A stretch of 62,949 bases of DNA, counting the filler, from Hyphochytrium catenoides (taxonomy: Eukaryota > Protista > Hyphochytriomycota), in assembly GCA_900088475.1 (NCBI GenBank). It is 10 parts of 10 records of this genome, joined end to end, with 100 filler letters (N's around TTAATTAATTAA, not from the genome) between each part and the next. Parts side by side here need not be neighbours in the genome. Positions count along the whole stretch, not along the records: positions 21,079 to 42,163 come from FLMG01004128.1; 9 more parts are not named here. The stretch is one strand, 5' to 3'. Each line of letters begins with the position of its first letter. Positions within the stretch are counted from its first letter, which is position 1. Below, piece by piece: positions 22,820-39,626 of this stretch. The position numbers and the translations under genes are program-made. The notes below the pieces were generated by a model, which was given only the letters and a program-made list of their open reading frames with translations, searched no databases and was not told the origin of the DNA.

Positions 22820-23707
22820 AGGGGGAGGGAGGGGAGACGAGTGAGAAGAGAAGAACAGAGAGAGAGAGAGATGAAGAGAGAGACGAGAGACGATAGACGA
22901 GAGAGAGAGAGAGACAGTGATTGCCAATGATCTCTGAAGACTTTTTCTCTTCTTCCATCACCAGAGAAACTCAGACAGCGATCGTTACAGCGCCGCTCTA
23001 AACAGATAATTTACGGTTTGAGATCGTTAAAGGTTCGGTTTGAGAAGGTATTGAGCCGGTAACGGCAATCTGAAACGGACTTTTCTCTCTTTACAACTCT
23101 TTGCTTATTTATCATTAGGTTATTCCGCCACTCTGTCTCGAAGGGCCAAGGGGTGCTTGTACTTGCTCCGAGAGTCCATACATTTACATAGTAGGAACGT
23201 TTTCTAGCTTTATCTATAGATTAAGCGGTGGCAGAATAGCGGAGTTTGCGTGTTTTCATCTGTTTGTAACGAAGCGGCGGCTGAAGCGGAAGAGAGAGAG
23301 AGAGAGAGAGAGAGNNNNNNNNNNNNNNNNNNNNNNNNNNNNNNNNNNNNNNNNNNNNNAGAGAGAGAGAGAGAGAGGTAGGTGAGGGAGAGAGAGAGAG
23401 AGAGGGAGAGGGAGTGAGAGAGAATGGAAGAAGAGAAAGAGCAAGAGATAACAGGAAGATAGAGACCAGAGGGATAGACAAAAAGTGGAGAGGAGACAGA
23501 CAGAGAGGAGAGGAAGAGGAGGTACAAAAGAGAAAGATTGAATGGGAAAAGCCGATAGTCTTCATGGTGATGCTCAACCGCCATCTCGATCTCTATCAGA
23601 GCTCTAGAAGCTGCACATCAGGAAGTTCCCGCAGCGCTATCACCGCTGAGAAGACTTTCCCAGCAAGACTCTAGAGGATAAGCCCCCAAACCCCATAGCA
23701 AGTCACA

Positions 23708-24910
23708 ATGGTCAGTTGAGCTTCCTCGCGCTGGTCTTCCTGACGAGCTCTTCTTTTTGTCTCGGCAGATGGTCTCATGGGTCTTTCTTGTTCACAGGCG
23801 ACGAAGAAGCCACAAGCTGGGAAGAAAGGCTCCACGAAGATTGAGCGGCCAGGGCTAAGTGAGGAGGAAATCGAGGAGATNTCTCTCTCTCTCTCTCTCT
23901 CTCTCTCTCCCCTTCCCCCCTTTCTCTCTCTTTCTCTCTCTTTCTCTTCCCCACTCTTCTATGCTTGCCCCGCTATTCCCATTCGTCACCTCTTTCTGTT
24001 CCCTCCTTTTCGATCTCCTGGTTCTTTCTCTTCTGACGCTCTAGCTCTGCTTCACTCCGCACGGCAGCTTTCATTCCTGCCGCCTTGACTGTCCTGCTCT
24101 TCGTAACATGCTAATCATCAGGATAGACCGCAAGTCACTGTTTCCTATTTATTGAGCCTTGCTCTTGACGCTGCCACTGTTAGGTACCATCGACCCAAAG
24201 GAACTGAAGGCTGCGATGCAATCGTTGGGTTTCGAGGCAAAGAATCAGACTATCTATCAGATGATTGGAGACATTGACAAGGATGGATCAGGAAGCATCG
24301 ATTTCGAAGAGTTCTTAGACATGATGACAGCAAAAATGGTAGGAGAGAGACACAGACAGAGAGAGAGAGAGACCTCCTTCTTGGCTCTTCAAGCCATCTT
24401 TCCTTTTGGGACTACCTTCTGCTATCCTCGCCTTCTGTACCTTCGGCGATGATCCTCTTCTACCCGTACCTCTTTCTTTTGCCCTCTCTTTCAAGAAGTA
24501 GCCGAATCAAGCTCCTGCACCTCCTTCCACAACTCAGACGCCTCTTTTGCTGCTTAAAGGCCTGGTGTTCTTTCTCTCCTCTTTCTCTCTCCAAGCTCTC
24601 CTTCTCTCTCTGGTCTCGTAAGAATTTTCTGGTCGGTATGAGTCAAATCTTCACGCTCTTGCTGCTCTCTCTAACGTTCTAGAGTGACAAAGACTCAAAG
24701 GAGGACATCCACAAAGTGTTTAATCTCTTCGATGATGATGGAACGGGCAAGATAACGTTGAAGAATCTGAAGCGAGTAGCAAAAGAGCTCGGAGAGACGA
24801 TGACGGACGCGGAGCTGTTAGAAATGATAGAGAGGGCCGACGCAGATCAGGATGGAGAGATCTCACCTGAAGAATTCTATGCCATAATGACCAAGAAAAC
24901 GTTCACTTAG
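23708..24910 (+). CDS. Centrin/caltractin (EF-hand protein)
   Basis: Exons ATG 23708-23710, 23798-23880 (cut by N at 23881), 24184-24338 and 24683-24910: [69 protein letters not shown]. Part of EF-hand 1 is missing at the assembly gap. Confidence 0.95.
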
Positions 24911-25341
24911 GGGGAAGGTTCAGAGAGAAAGAGACAAAAGGATGAAGAGGCGACGAGGGCAGGCTGACGGTGACACTATGTATTAGTCCATTATAAAGCA
25001 GAGGAAGAGGCAGATAATGAGGGAGAGCGAGGAGGATGAGCTGTAGCCTCCTGCATCTTAGCACTTATCAATGTACAGAAGAATATACTTCCGCGTCCAG
25101 CTCCTGTCTTGCGTCCCGGTGAAAGCTAATAGACAGGAATATTCTTCCCTGCGCTCTCGCGCTCGTCCCTAATCAATGTGATTCCTGAGGCTTCATTCAC
25201 TATCTCTTGCCGTCGCTCACTTTGATCCTACTCTTCCATCTGCTGCTTTTCACTGAGTGATTCATTGTTGATCCAGTAGGGGTAAACACGCCTCTTCAAT
25301 CTTTAGACTCTCCTGTATCGCGCGTACGTACTTCTTTCCCT

Positions 25342-28998
<3,657 letters not shown>

Positions 28999-30005
28999 GC
29001 TTCGTCCGTCGCTTCGTCCTCAAGCGGCTGGAAGAGCCAGTCGGGTTTGACCTCTTGATACTCGTCTCTCCTGGGACCAAGACACGCCTTACCCAGCTAT
29101 GGCCAACCTCTCCAATGAGCTCAAGTCTCTCTTCTTGGGACTCTGTCCATGAGCTTCTCTCATCAACTCTGCCACTGCTGCCTCAGAGATCAGAACAAAG
29201 CGCTGCTGGGCCGAGCTTCTTCAACACCAGCCACCACAAATATGGCACCTGACAGGTTGTATCCCTGATCATCATGCAGAAGGTCTAGGTATACCAAGAT
29301 AAGATACACACGCATTCTTGATCCGACTGATGTGCGCTCCCACTTGACACAGGTTCTGATCTTCGGACATCGAAAAGGCACAGAAAGAGAACTCCATCTG
29401 CTGACAGAGATTCTCCAGATGTCTGCAGGAAGCTTCAACAGATCGGATGCTCGACCTAGGGACAGTGGCCAGTTAGCAGGCGGATGAGCGATGAATTACC
29501 CCCGTCGTGGAGAGCAACTGGACGAGGTGCAAGTCCTTAAGTGGCAGGCAGCTTGCAGCAGTGCTTTTGCGAGTTGCCGGGCTTGATAGCAACCAAAGGA
29601 GTCGAGTAGCATGTCAGTGAACTTCCTGAGTGGCCGCTTCGTGGAGAGTGGAACAAAAAGGGATCAGTTGGTGCCTTGACTGCTCACGACTAGCCGACAT
29701 AGTCAGCCATCTGCAGAAAGCTCTAAAATAGCTCCTCTCTAACAATGACAATAACAGCTGACAGGTCACTGAAGTGATGAGTGCCGTCTGCACTATGGGA
29801 AGGGACAGGGCAACTCTCCCTAATGAAAGGAGTCAGAGGAACAGAAGTTACTGGCTTCACTGATGCTATATCATTTGATACTGAACTTATACGAGGATCG
29901 AGCCATGAAGGAGAGCGCATCTCTGCTCTCCTGGTCTACCTTCCTGCCTATCTGTTTCCCTAATAAAGAGTTAGAAGAGCTGATGATGGACCTCACTTGG
30001 CGCCC

Positions 30006-31147
30006 TTATGAACTGCTCTTCGCTGCAGCAGAGACAGAGGACGCGTGCATGGTGACAGTAACCTCCTCAGCGCGAGCTTCGGCTCTTTCTTTCAGAGTCT
30101 CTCCTGTTGTCCTCTCTACACCTTTCACTTTTGGCTCTCCTGCCTTCCGAGTAATCTTGGCGTGCTTCACGGGAACAGCGGCCTTGCTCTGCAGTTTCTT
30201 AGCCTTCTTCCTGCAGCAGAGTCTCCTCCAGGTGCGCATAGTCATGTACAGGATAGCACCAAGGAAACGCATTCCTAGAGGCACAGATGAGCGAAGAGAG
30301 ACATGACTCTAAATGGCAGTAGGAGCGAGGAAAGAGACCAGAGAAAGAACGAACAAAAGAGCGGTAGCCAGGACACCAACCTGGGGAAGAAGTTTTGCGC
30401 ACAGAACCGAGAGACGGAACAAGAGAGAGAGAGAGAGAGAAAAAGAGAAGGAGAGAGGAAGATAGAGAGAAGAGAGCGGGAGAGAAAGAGAGAGAGAATG
30501 AAATGGAACATACCATTGAAGAAGCAGACCAGTCCAAAGATGTACCACAGATAGTACGTCCTAACGTTCGGATCTGTGCTGCCAGAGATAGAGGAAGTTA
30601 CTGCGATGGCAAGAATGGCATTGGCCATCACGAGAGAGAAGAGAAGATAAGTTCGGAATGCCTTGAACTCTGCGTTCATCTGCTGCTTCTCTTTCTCCTG
30701 TCTGTCTTTCTTCTGTTGGGCTCGGGTACGGAGCTTAGCTTGATGTTTGAGCTCAGCAGGAGAGAGGGTGCCTACAGCTGCCGTAGTGTCTTTCTTCTTG
30801 TCTGACTTGTGCGCATCGTCACTCACTGCAATTCAAGATGTTACAGGAGAGAACGAGAGAGAGAAAGAGAGAGAGAAATGATAAGAGGACATGAATTTGA
30901 GAAGACAGAGTGTGTCAGACCTGCACAGTGAGGTACGCAGACAAGTTTATGACGAGCAAAAGATTTAAGAAAGGGGACACGCAAGGCAGGAAGCGTTACG
31001 AGGACGAGTAGAAGATAAAGACCGAGGAAAGATCGAGAGTGGAAACGCGCCGCATAAAGTGTATCTAAGAAGGACAACTGACAGTAGATCGAAAGACAGA
31101 TAGATACGCCAGAAAGAAGGAAAGAGTGCAGTCGCGCAGGAGACAGA

Positions 31148-31210
<63 letters not shown>

Positions 31211-32870
31211 CGAAACGCTAATATCACTGTGACGTACGTCCTTTGGTTCCCCATGATAGATCGTGAGTGTTGCAGAAGGCGTAGATGATGAGCGTGTTGA
31301 TGGTGGTGGGCAGCATCATAAAGTACTGAAGAGCGGACTTGCACAGTTCCATGAACTCGCCGTGGACCAGTCCGGCAGCGAAGTAGAAACCAAAGGAGAA
31401 GGCGGCAGCGTACTGGATGAGAGGCTCTGAAAGGAGAAGAAAAGACAGAGAGAGAGAAACAGAAAAAGGGAGAGAGTGAGAGAGAGAACCGGTGAAGTGA
31501 TTAACCAACAATCCTCTAGTCGACGGGCACAAGAGAGAAAGGAGACAAAGGATATTGCAGAAACCTAGGAAAGTTTGTGAGAAAGACCTGAGAGTTCAAT
31601 CGACGAGGGAGAGAAGTGCTGGTCATAGGGGAGAAAGAAATGAGATAGAGGAGCCTTTCTCTCTCACCTGCGCCCACAAGAAAGTAGAAGGTCAGTCCCA
31701 GCTGTCCGAGAGAGAGAAGCGCTCCAACAATCATCATCATCATATAAATCTCCTTCATGGCATCCGGCGTGTTCCCAAGCCCCATAATAAGGTTCAGCAT
31801 GATCATGACAGCGTACAGGCCAACGAAGATGTTTTGGATGAGCGGCGTGGTCTGGAAGGTAGCGTTGATGATAATATAGTAGAAGATGTAGAAGTTCCCG
31901 ATCAGGATGAAGGAGGAGAACGTCTGCACAATATAGTAGAAGAACTGGATGGTGTAGAAGACTTTCCGGAAGAGACTATGGTTTGACCTAACATTAAAAG
32001 GCAGGGGAGAGAGAAAGAGAGAAGAGAGAGAGAGGGGAAGAAACATGAGGAAGAAGAGAGAAAAAGAGAGAGAGAGGAGTCAAGGTGTTAGCAATGAGAT
32101 CCTGGACGAAAGAGAGCCGGTAGAACAAGAAGCAGAGGAGGAAGTATCATTGAGCTAGAGACAAGGAAATCACGGCTTTGGTCCTGATGATTTCCCCTCT
32201 CCCTTGATCTAACTCGCACTTCCATCCCTTTCTTCTCTTCCTCAGCCTTTCGTGTCATGGCGACTGATTTCTCTCTCCCTCTCTTGGTCTTTCTCTCTTG
32301 ACATCCTCAGCAGTCGTGCTTTCGTTTCTTACCTGGTCCACAGCCGGTTAAAGTTCAAAATGGCATACAAAATAGCGAAGAAAGAGCCATTCAGCCATCT
32401 TCTTCGCTGCTTTATCAGCGTGGTGAGATCGTCAGGCACGTCAGTCTCTGCAATAGCGTTCTTGACATAGCGAAGGACCCAGTTGCAGCCTTGCCGAGCA
32501 ATGAGCTCATAGCAGAGAATACGGTCTTCAGCTAAGTACATGTTACCCTTAAAGGGACCTGCGAAGAGAGAAAGAGAAGGAGCGTAAGAAGGAGATGTTC
32601 TAAAGAGGAAGAAGAGAGCCGGTGTAAGGTAAATAGGCGACGCAGGGGAAGAACCAAGGAAACAATCGTCCTCTTCCTACATACCAAGGTCTTTCATCTC
32701 CGTGGTGATAGAGCGGAAATACTCAACAAGTGGACCCTCTCCGTTCTCCTCTCGGATGGCGCTGTAACGATAGGCAGAAAAGGCTCCAGGGAGCACCGAT
32801 GTAAAGCCAAAGACACTTTCGAGGGCTGGAGCAAGTATTATTGTGCAGGGAAGAGAGAAGACAGACAGAC

Positions 32871-32909
<39 letters not shown>

Positions 32910-35058
32910 AAGAGAAAGAGAGAGAGAGAGAGAGAGGGCATATTAGCGCCACCTGTTCAACTCAATGGCCACAGACAGGGGAGCCACATCCGAGTAATAT
33001 GAAAAGGAAGGATAGAGCTGAGGAAGAGAGCGCCAATAGACGGTCTGATGTCGCTAACAGGACAATCAACATAGCATCACAGCCAGCTAGTCCCGTAGCA
33101 TGGAGACGAGAGAAAGCAATCAAGGGAGAGAGGACAATGACGAGGTAGACCCCAAAGGTGTCATAGTGCTTACATTTGTCTAGGACGTGCGAAACCTTGT
33201 ACTCGAAATGCTGGGCGGCCACGACAGGGTTCAGAAGAGGAGGGTTCCAACAGGAAATCTCTCCACAGCATCCAGCCACTTGCCGGTCCTCCTCCATACA
33301 TTTGTACAGCTTGATCATGGCGCGGGGCTTTGGACCGGTACCGATATCCAACAGCTGGTATGAGAAGGAGAGATATGGGAAAATGGACCGATTGTCAGAG
33401 AACAAAAGCTGTAACAGGGGCAAGAGAACAGCGTAGACCAAGAAGAAAAGAGAGAACAACCCGCACCAGGAGGCGCAATCTAAGCAAGCGCTAGGTATAC
33501 GCAGCAGGAAAGAATCGAAAGAAGGCGAGCGATGGTTGACGATTGAACTAGTGAGTGAGAAGTGAGGAGAGCGGGAATGGGGAGAGAGACGACCCATACA
33601 AAGCAGTATTTCGGATCCAGGTGGTCGGCGAAGCCATTGAAAAACCAAAGATGCGAGTCGAGCTTTCCTCCGTTAAACTCTTTCAAGGCGTGGCACATCT
33701 GTACTGGAGGATGGTAGCTGAGGAGAGAGAGAGAGAGAGCGCAAACCAAGCGAGACATAAGAGAGGGTTAGATCAATTGTGGTCCTGACGCCTACTTTCT
33801 GTACAACGAACGCTGGCCACGCTGAGGCCCAAGGACGGCGGAACTGTTCTGCCACACGCCTCTACGTCTCTCGTCTGTCTTTCAATGTCTTTTCGGTCTC
33901 TGTGACCGTCTCTCTTACGTTTGGTGGTTGGCATCATCGATAAGCTGGGTGGTGTGCTCAAAGAGATGCATATATACAGTCTTCCCGCTGCCATCACCGC
34001 AAGTGACCATGATGTCCTCATCATAGAGAGCGTATTCGGTCTGAAGCAAGGCTAGAGTGTCGGCATTGGCCTAAAAGAGAGATAGCGTTAGTTGTAGCGG
34101 TACCAAGGAGGGTGAGAGAGAAGAGAGAGACGGGATTCACGGGACGAGAGACGGACTGAAAGAGAAAGGAGACAAATCAAGGATTAGAGCACAAAGAGGG
34201 GGAGGCAGAGAGAGAGACACAGAGAGAGAGAGAGACCGACAAGGAGAGCGCACGCGCGCGAGAGAGAAGAAGAAGGAGAGGGAAGACATGCACAGACAAG
34301 TGGCATGGCCTATTTACCTTAGTTCGTCCATCAGAGACAATAATAACATAGACATGCCTCCAGGCATCCTGACCCTCGAGTTTCATCAGACTCTTAATGT
34401 TCTGGTTGACGCCCATCAAGGTGCGCTGGAACTCTGCTTCTCCTTCATTATAAGCCGTGCAGCAGACCAGCATCTTGATTCGAAGGTTATCGCGCGTCGG
34501 ACGCAGAAGATAACCGTCTGATGTGAAGTTGATAGGGTTTTCTATAGAGAAGAAAACGAATGGGTCAGCCTAACATAGCAAGCGGCTGTCGTCTCTGAGA
34601 GTACTTGCAAAGAAGAGAGATGCGAAATGGGATAGGCGTTGGGTCAATGCCCGCAAAGAGTGCATAAGAGAAGAAGCAAGGGAAGGCCGATAAAATCTAT
34701 GAACCGGTTGGATCCCGGCTTGGGAGGCATTGCGACCATAGTGGAGAATCCAAAGGAAAGAAATAAGGAAAGAGAGAGACGTACTGGTATGGACGGCAGT
34801 ATAGGTCCCATGCCTAACGTTCCACTCATCCTTGAATGGCGCATTCTCCCACACTGACTTTGGGATCTCGTAGTGAATGCCCTCAGCAGCAGAGGTGGCT
34901 GCTTCTGCTAGCATTCCTAACGTGTCCGCCTCCTTTGACTCCTTGACCACTGTTCCCTGCAGTATTGCATTGGAGAGATTGGTCTGGTCCTCTATGGTGA
35001 TGGTGCGGTTGTTGTCCTTAAAGGACTTGCCATGGGTGAGTCTCTTCTCTGCCATCAT
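30006..35058 (-). CDS. Chitin synthase (GT2), multi-exon; more 5' exons likely at ~35110-35450
   Basis: Motifs [72 protein letters not shown] and HDLSWGTKG, plus C-terminal TM helices. Confidence 0.96.
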
Positions 35059-35750
35059 TCGAGAAGGAGGCGTGATGGGGCTTGAGAGAGAGGGAAAAGT
35101 CTCCCTTTAGTAGTTGAGTCTCCGCACTTTCACCTTCTCACCTTTACAGAAAATCCTCTGTAGATTAGAGACAGAGTCCGGACCCGTGGTCTCACTTTCT
35201 TGAGCAAAAGACACTTATAAACGCCATCCGTTCTGTTGAGATGTGTACCTTCAAAGAGAATCTGCTGGTCTGAGGAGCAAAGGAGCTTAACGCGCCAAGG
35301 TCCGATGAGGAGTGCCAAGCAGTCCCAACCTTAGTCCGCCGTGCGAATGTTATTCTTCCAATCTCTACTCACATCGCGAAAGGAAGCCGGGCGTCCCGCA
35401 CATCATCATCAAGCGCCATGATGGCCTTGCCTCAAGCCTGCTCCTCCTCTTTACGTCCTTACCTTCCTAAGCATCTCATGCCTCTTGAGCATCTTCCTCC
35501 TCTGTACCTATCTCTAGCTATCCGCCGGCAACCTTCAGAAAGAGATGTTTCTCCTCCCATCTCTGCTCCTTTCTCCCATGTCCTATACACCTTCCTGCAC
35601 GCTCTCTTTTTCTCTCTTGCTTTTCTCCTTCTCTACTCTGTTATCTCAATTTCTCTAGCTCTCTCTTCTCTCTGATATGCAGATGTGTAAACAGAGTACA
35701 CAGGCAGCCACCTCTTTCTCGTCTGTTTCCTCTCCTTCTCAGTTTCCCCT

Positions 35751-35809
<59 letters not shown>

Positions 35810-36063
35810 CTGACCTGGCTGCTGAAGCGCTGCACTCACTCTTCTGTAAGGGCCACGGATCTTCTTATCTTTTTACCAATCAATCACCGAAAATTTGTAA
35901 CAGACCTATAGCTTTCAAGGAACCCTTCACGTGAATTCTTCATTGCAGCCCATACATTCAGTAAGCAAGAGCATTATTTCACAACCTCTATGAAGTTTAT
36001 TTTGACTAGTGTCACTGGAACCGTAACCGACCTGAGTAGTAGCGATAATCAAGCTGATAATCA

Positions 36064-36600
36064 TTACAAAGATCCTCCAGTTATCAGCGGGCCCTTAATG
36101 ATGTTGATGGAAGAAAAACTTGCTTTTTCCATAAAATAGATAGAAATCTCTACATAAAAGTTAGCGGTAGCGCCAACCATATCGTTAAATAATGCTAGTA
36201 GTGTATCCGAATGGTAGATGCTTGAGATATTGAAGAAATCTTCTTCTTTCTTAGCGTGCTTACAGGATGATCCATGGGTCCTTCCCTTGCTGCAGCGGCA
36301 TCGCCAAGTATGCTTCGGCTTGGTGGTTGAAGGAGATACCGTGTAATCCACTCATTTCATCTCCTTTGTATCTCTCCTATGGCTACCAAGGGTTTATGCT
36401 AGCCGCGCGGCGAAGAGAAGGTAGATAATGACGCACAGAGACATTAATAGAGGTCCAACTTGCAATAGCACTGCTTAGCTTTCCTGGTCTATTCTGCTTC
36501 CTAATCAGGCTCCTAGTAAGTGGCTTCACTTCCTCTCCAAGCGTTCTTGATAAAGGGAATAGCAGCAATAATATTGTCCTTTGGTTCTTATTTGCAGCCC
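36064..36600 (-). pseudogene. SWIM zinc-finger remnant, probably a MULE/Mutator transposase fossil
   Basis: WRCRCSKGRTHGSSCKHA fits the SWIM pattern CxC..CxH. The flanks are stop-riddled. Confidence 0.45.
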
Positions 36601-38406
36601 AGCTGCAGCTGCAGCAGATGAAGGAGAATACCGGGGTGCTATTATACTACCTCTAGAACTACTTACTATTACTGCTACGAATCTTGTTCATTCCTTGTGT
36701 CGTTGTCGTTGTCTCTAGAGGGTGAGTAGTTCTGGGGGAGAGTGCTAATAATAAGGGAGGATACTCCACCCAGTTTGGGAACAACAAGAATACGGTAGAG
36801 ACGAAGAAGAACAGCACTAAACCCTTGACCACCTATCCTCATGCCAGAGAAGCCGCCCAATCTTCTGGTGGCTTAAAGATTGTTGTATAGTTGGTCAGTG
36901 TCAGATTACGTAGCCTCCTCTAGGTTGAAGGAGCTTTCCTTGAAGATACTGTTCAGCCAAAAATAGTCGGTCGTCATGGTCATGAGACAATTCGATATTT
37001 ATGAAGGTTTTTTTTTATGGTAGAAAAGTGACGGACGCTCTGACCATCATCATATTGGGGCCCTTCTGCCTTCTTACTTAGAACAACACGGTGCATGCTC
37101 TGGCATGATTGTTACCTACCGACACCTATCTTTGGTGACCCTCATCTTTAGCTCTTCTATGCAAAAACCTACGGTGCATATAACACTTACTTTCTCGATC
37201 GCTGGATTCTTCAGCACAAACAGCCACTGTCGAGAAAGAAGGAGGAAGGAAGGGAGAGTGGCAGAGAGTTTGGAATGCAAAAGATCACTGACAACTGTGG
37301 AAAAGGAGCATCAACTCCATTATCAATTCTTATTATTAGGAATAGTGCCACAATATCTGAATAGCTTCACACTGTGCTTGATCATTTTGACAGTCACGCT
37401 CATCATATGTTAATCGGCAGAGCAGCTGGAACAGTATGGCAGAGTATCAGTCTAATAATAAGTCATCCTTCTTAGTAGAAGCCACACTTGAGAATTATAG
37501 CCTCCCTTTTACTCTCATTAACCCTTCTTCTCCTCTACTCACTCTGTCTACTCGTCTATTATAGAGAACTTTGCTTGCTGACATCACCCATAATCGCAAT
37601 GATGATGAGCACCATCATGGACAAGTGCAGCCTTCCGTCATTCTGCCTGTTTCCATCTTTGCCTCTTCTAAAGGAAGTCCTTTTGGCCAAGGCTGTTCGG
37701 ACAACAAGCTTATGAAGTGAGCAGTGGGCAGTTGCATTATTATTGTTCTTGATGATGCTTGAGACTGCTACTACTAGGAGTGCAGTTTGTTAGCTGTATC
37801 ATCGCCAGCCAGCCGATACGCCGACAATTCTATGGGCTCAGAGGCGAGCGATGTGAGATGTGGGACAAAGTAAGATCTGTGATATTCTCGGCGTTCTGAG
37901 AATACGGGTGGGCGCGTGGGGAGTGTTTGTCTTTGCTAGCTATTATACGAGGAAAACTGGTATGGGATGGGTGGGTGTATCAGGATGTGAAGTTTGATGT
38001 GGTCAGAGAGTTGCCGCTAACGGCTAACAATCACTCCACTTTCCATTGGGAACACAATCGGGAAGGCAAATCATGAGACAGAGAGCGATAGAGATGTGGC
38101 AAGGAGCATGGAAACAATAAGGAATGCGGGAAAGGAGGCCTAATTACATCCAGGAAGAGTATTGGAGAGATTAGAATGACCACATCGAGACAGAATGGAG
38201 AAGAGTCGAGGCGGTAGAGTAACATCCACATTACGGATTGGAGAGACAGAGAACCGAAGAGAAAGACGGGAAAGGCCGAGAGAGAGACAGAGGAGACCAT
38301 GTTGGACCGACCAAATGCCAACCTAACAAGGAAGAGGAGGAGGGAGTCGCGCGCCGCTACAGTACTTACCAGCGCTAGAGAACAGTCCCATGCTTTTTCT
38401 CTCACT

Positions 38407-38437
<31 letters not shown>

Positions 38438-38580
38438 GCTCTCTCGGTCTCTGTCTCTAACTCTGTCTCTCTCTCTCACGTGCACTCACTCACTCACTCA
38501 CACACACTCTCTCCTCTCACACACACACGCACTCACTCACTCACTCACTTTCTCTCTGTCTCTCTCCTCTCTCTCTCTCG

Positions 38581-38615
<35 letters not shown>

Positions 38616-38852
38616 CTTCCCTCCTTTTGGGCCGTGTCGCTCTCTCTCCCTCTGCTTCTTCACATCCTCGTCTCTCTCATCATTGCACATTCACTCCTCC
38701 GTCAGTCTTCACATCTCTTCTGCACCTGTCGCGCCCAGTCTCATTGCCTTCTTCCGCATTCTAGACCAGTTTCTAGCGGATGTGGCAGAGCTGGAGAGGC
38801 AAGAAGACAGAGAGAGAAGACAAGACAGGGGCATGAGGCTTGAGGCTTACTT

Positions 38853-39626
38853 TTGGACTGGGGTGAGGAGGCAGTAAGGGAGCATTTTGAGATTGCTCTC
38901 GCGGGAAGGACAGGACATGCTATGTTGCCCCAATCACCGCCACTAAACCGAAAGCCAAGTGACGAATCTCTTCCGCCCCATCATCATCAGTGCTCTTCTC
39001 TCTCCGCTTCACCGCCTTCTCAAGTGCTTCTCCGGCGCAGCTGTTCATCCTCGGCCCCTCCAAGGTTAATAAGCGACGGCTCTTTGCCAGGATCAGAAAG
39101 AACAGAAGCAGAAGAGATGCGTAGGCCAACCGATTCGCAGCTTTATGACCAACTGCGTGTCTCGTGGGAGGGCTGTCAGAGCTTTCTAGCTCTATCATCA
39201 GCAGAAACTCAAGCACTGGAGCCCAACTGTAGCTGCGGTAGTGATCCCGACTTCATAGAGCAGGTCTTACATTGTGGTGAGACGCCAGATCCTACCTTCA
39301 GGGCTACTTCATCATCTGCGTCAGAATCGAATAGCTATGGAGGTGGTCCTCCAAGCTTCGGACCTTTTTACGATTCCGACGACGACGAAGAGGAGCTTCT
39401 GGACGCAGTCAATTTGGAAGACAAGCTGCTTCTTCGGCGTCGCCATCGAAGGCTGAGTTTGCTGAAAGAGTTCCGTTGCAATAAAGGCAACTGCCAATAT
39501 GGCATCGGACCTCCTCCGCGTCCACGGCTACAGCGGCAGATTGCAGTTCTCTCGTATGTAAGCGAGAGAATTCCTGTCAAATGCGCTGGATGTGGAGCGT
39601 GGATGATGTCGGAGATTAGCTACTAG
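38853..39626 (+). CDS. Hypothetical protein with C-terminal Cys motifs
   Basis: 257 codons of non-repetitive sequence with an acidic patch and CNKGNC...CAGC. Start uncertain; no family recognised. Confidence 0.4.
   Translation: MDWGEEAVREHFEIALAGRTGHAMLPQSPPLNRKPSDESLPPHHHQCSSLSASPPSQVLLRRSCSSSAPPRLISDGSLPGSERTEAEEMRRPTDSQLYDQLRVSWEGCQSFLALSSAETQALEPNCSCGSDPDFIEQVLHCGETPDPTFRATSSSASESNSYGGGPPSFGPFYDSDDDEEELLDAVNLEDKLLLRRRHRRLSLLKEFRCNKGNCQYGIGPPPRPRLQRQIAVLSYVSERIPVKCAGCGAWMMSEISY

Noticed and set aside
23881-24183. Centrin as a pseudogene lacking part of EF-hand 1
   Set aside because: The loss coincides with an N beside a CT microsatellite; a collapsed assembly gap is more likely.
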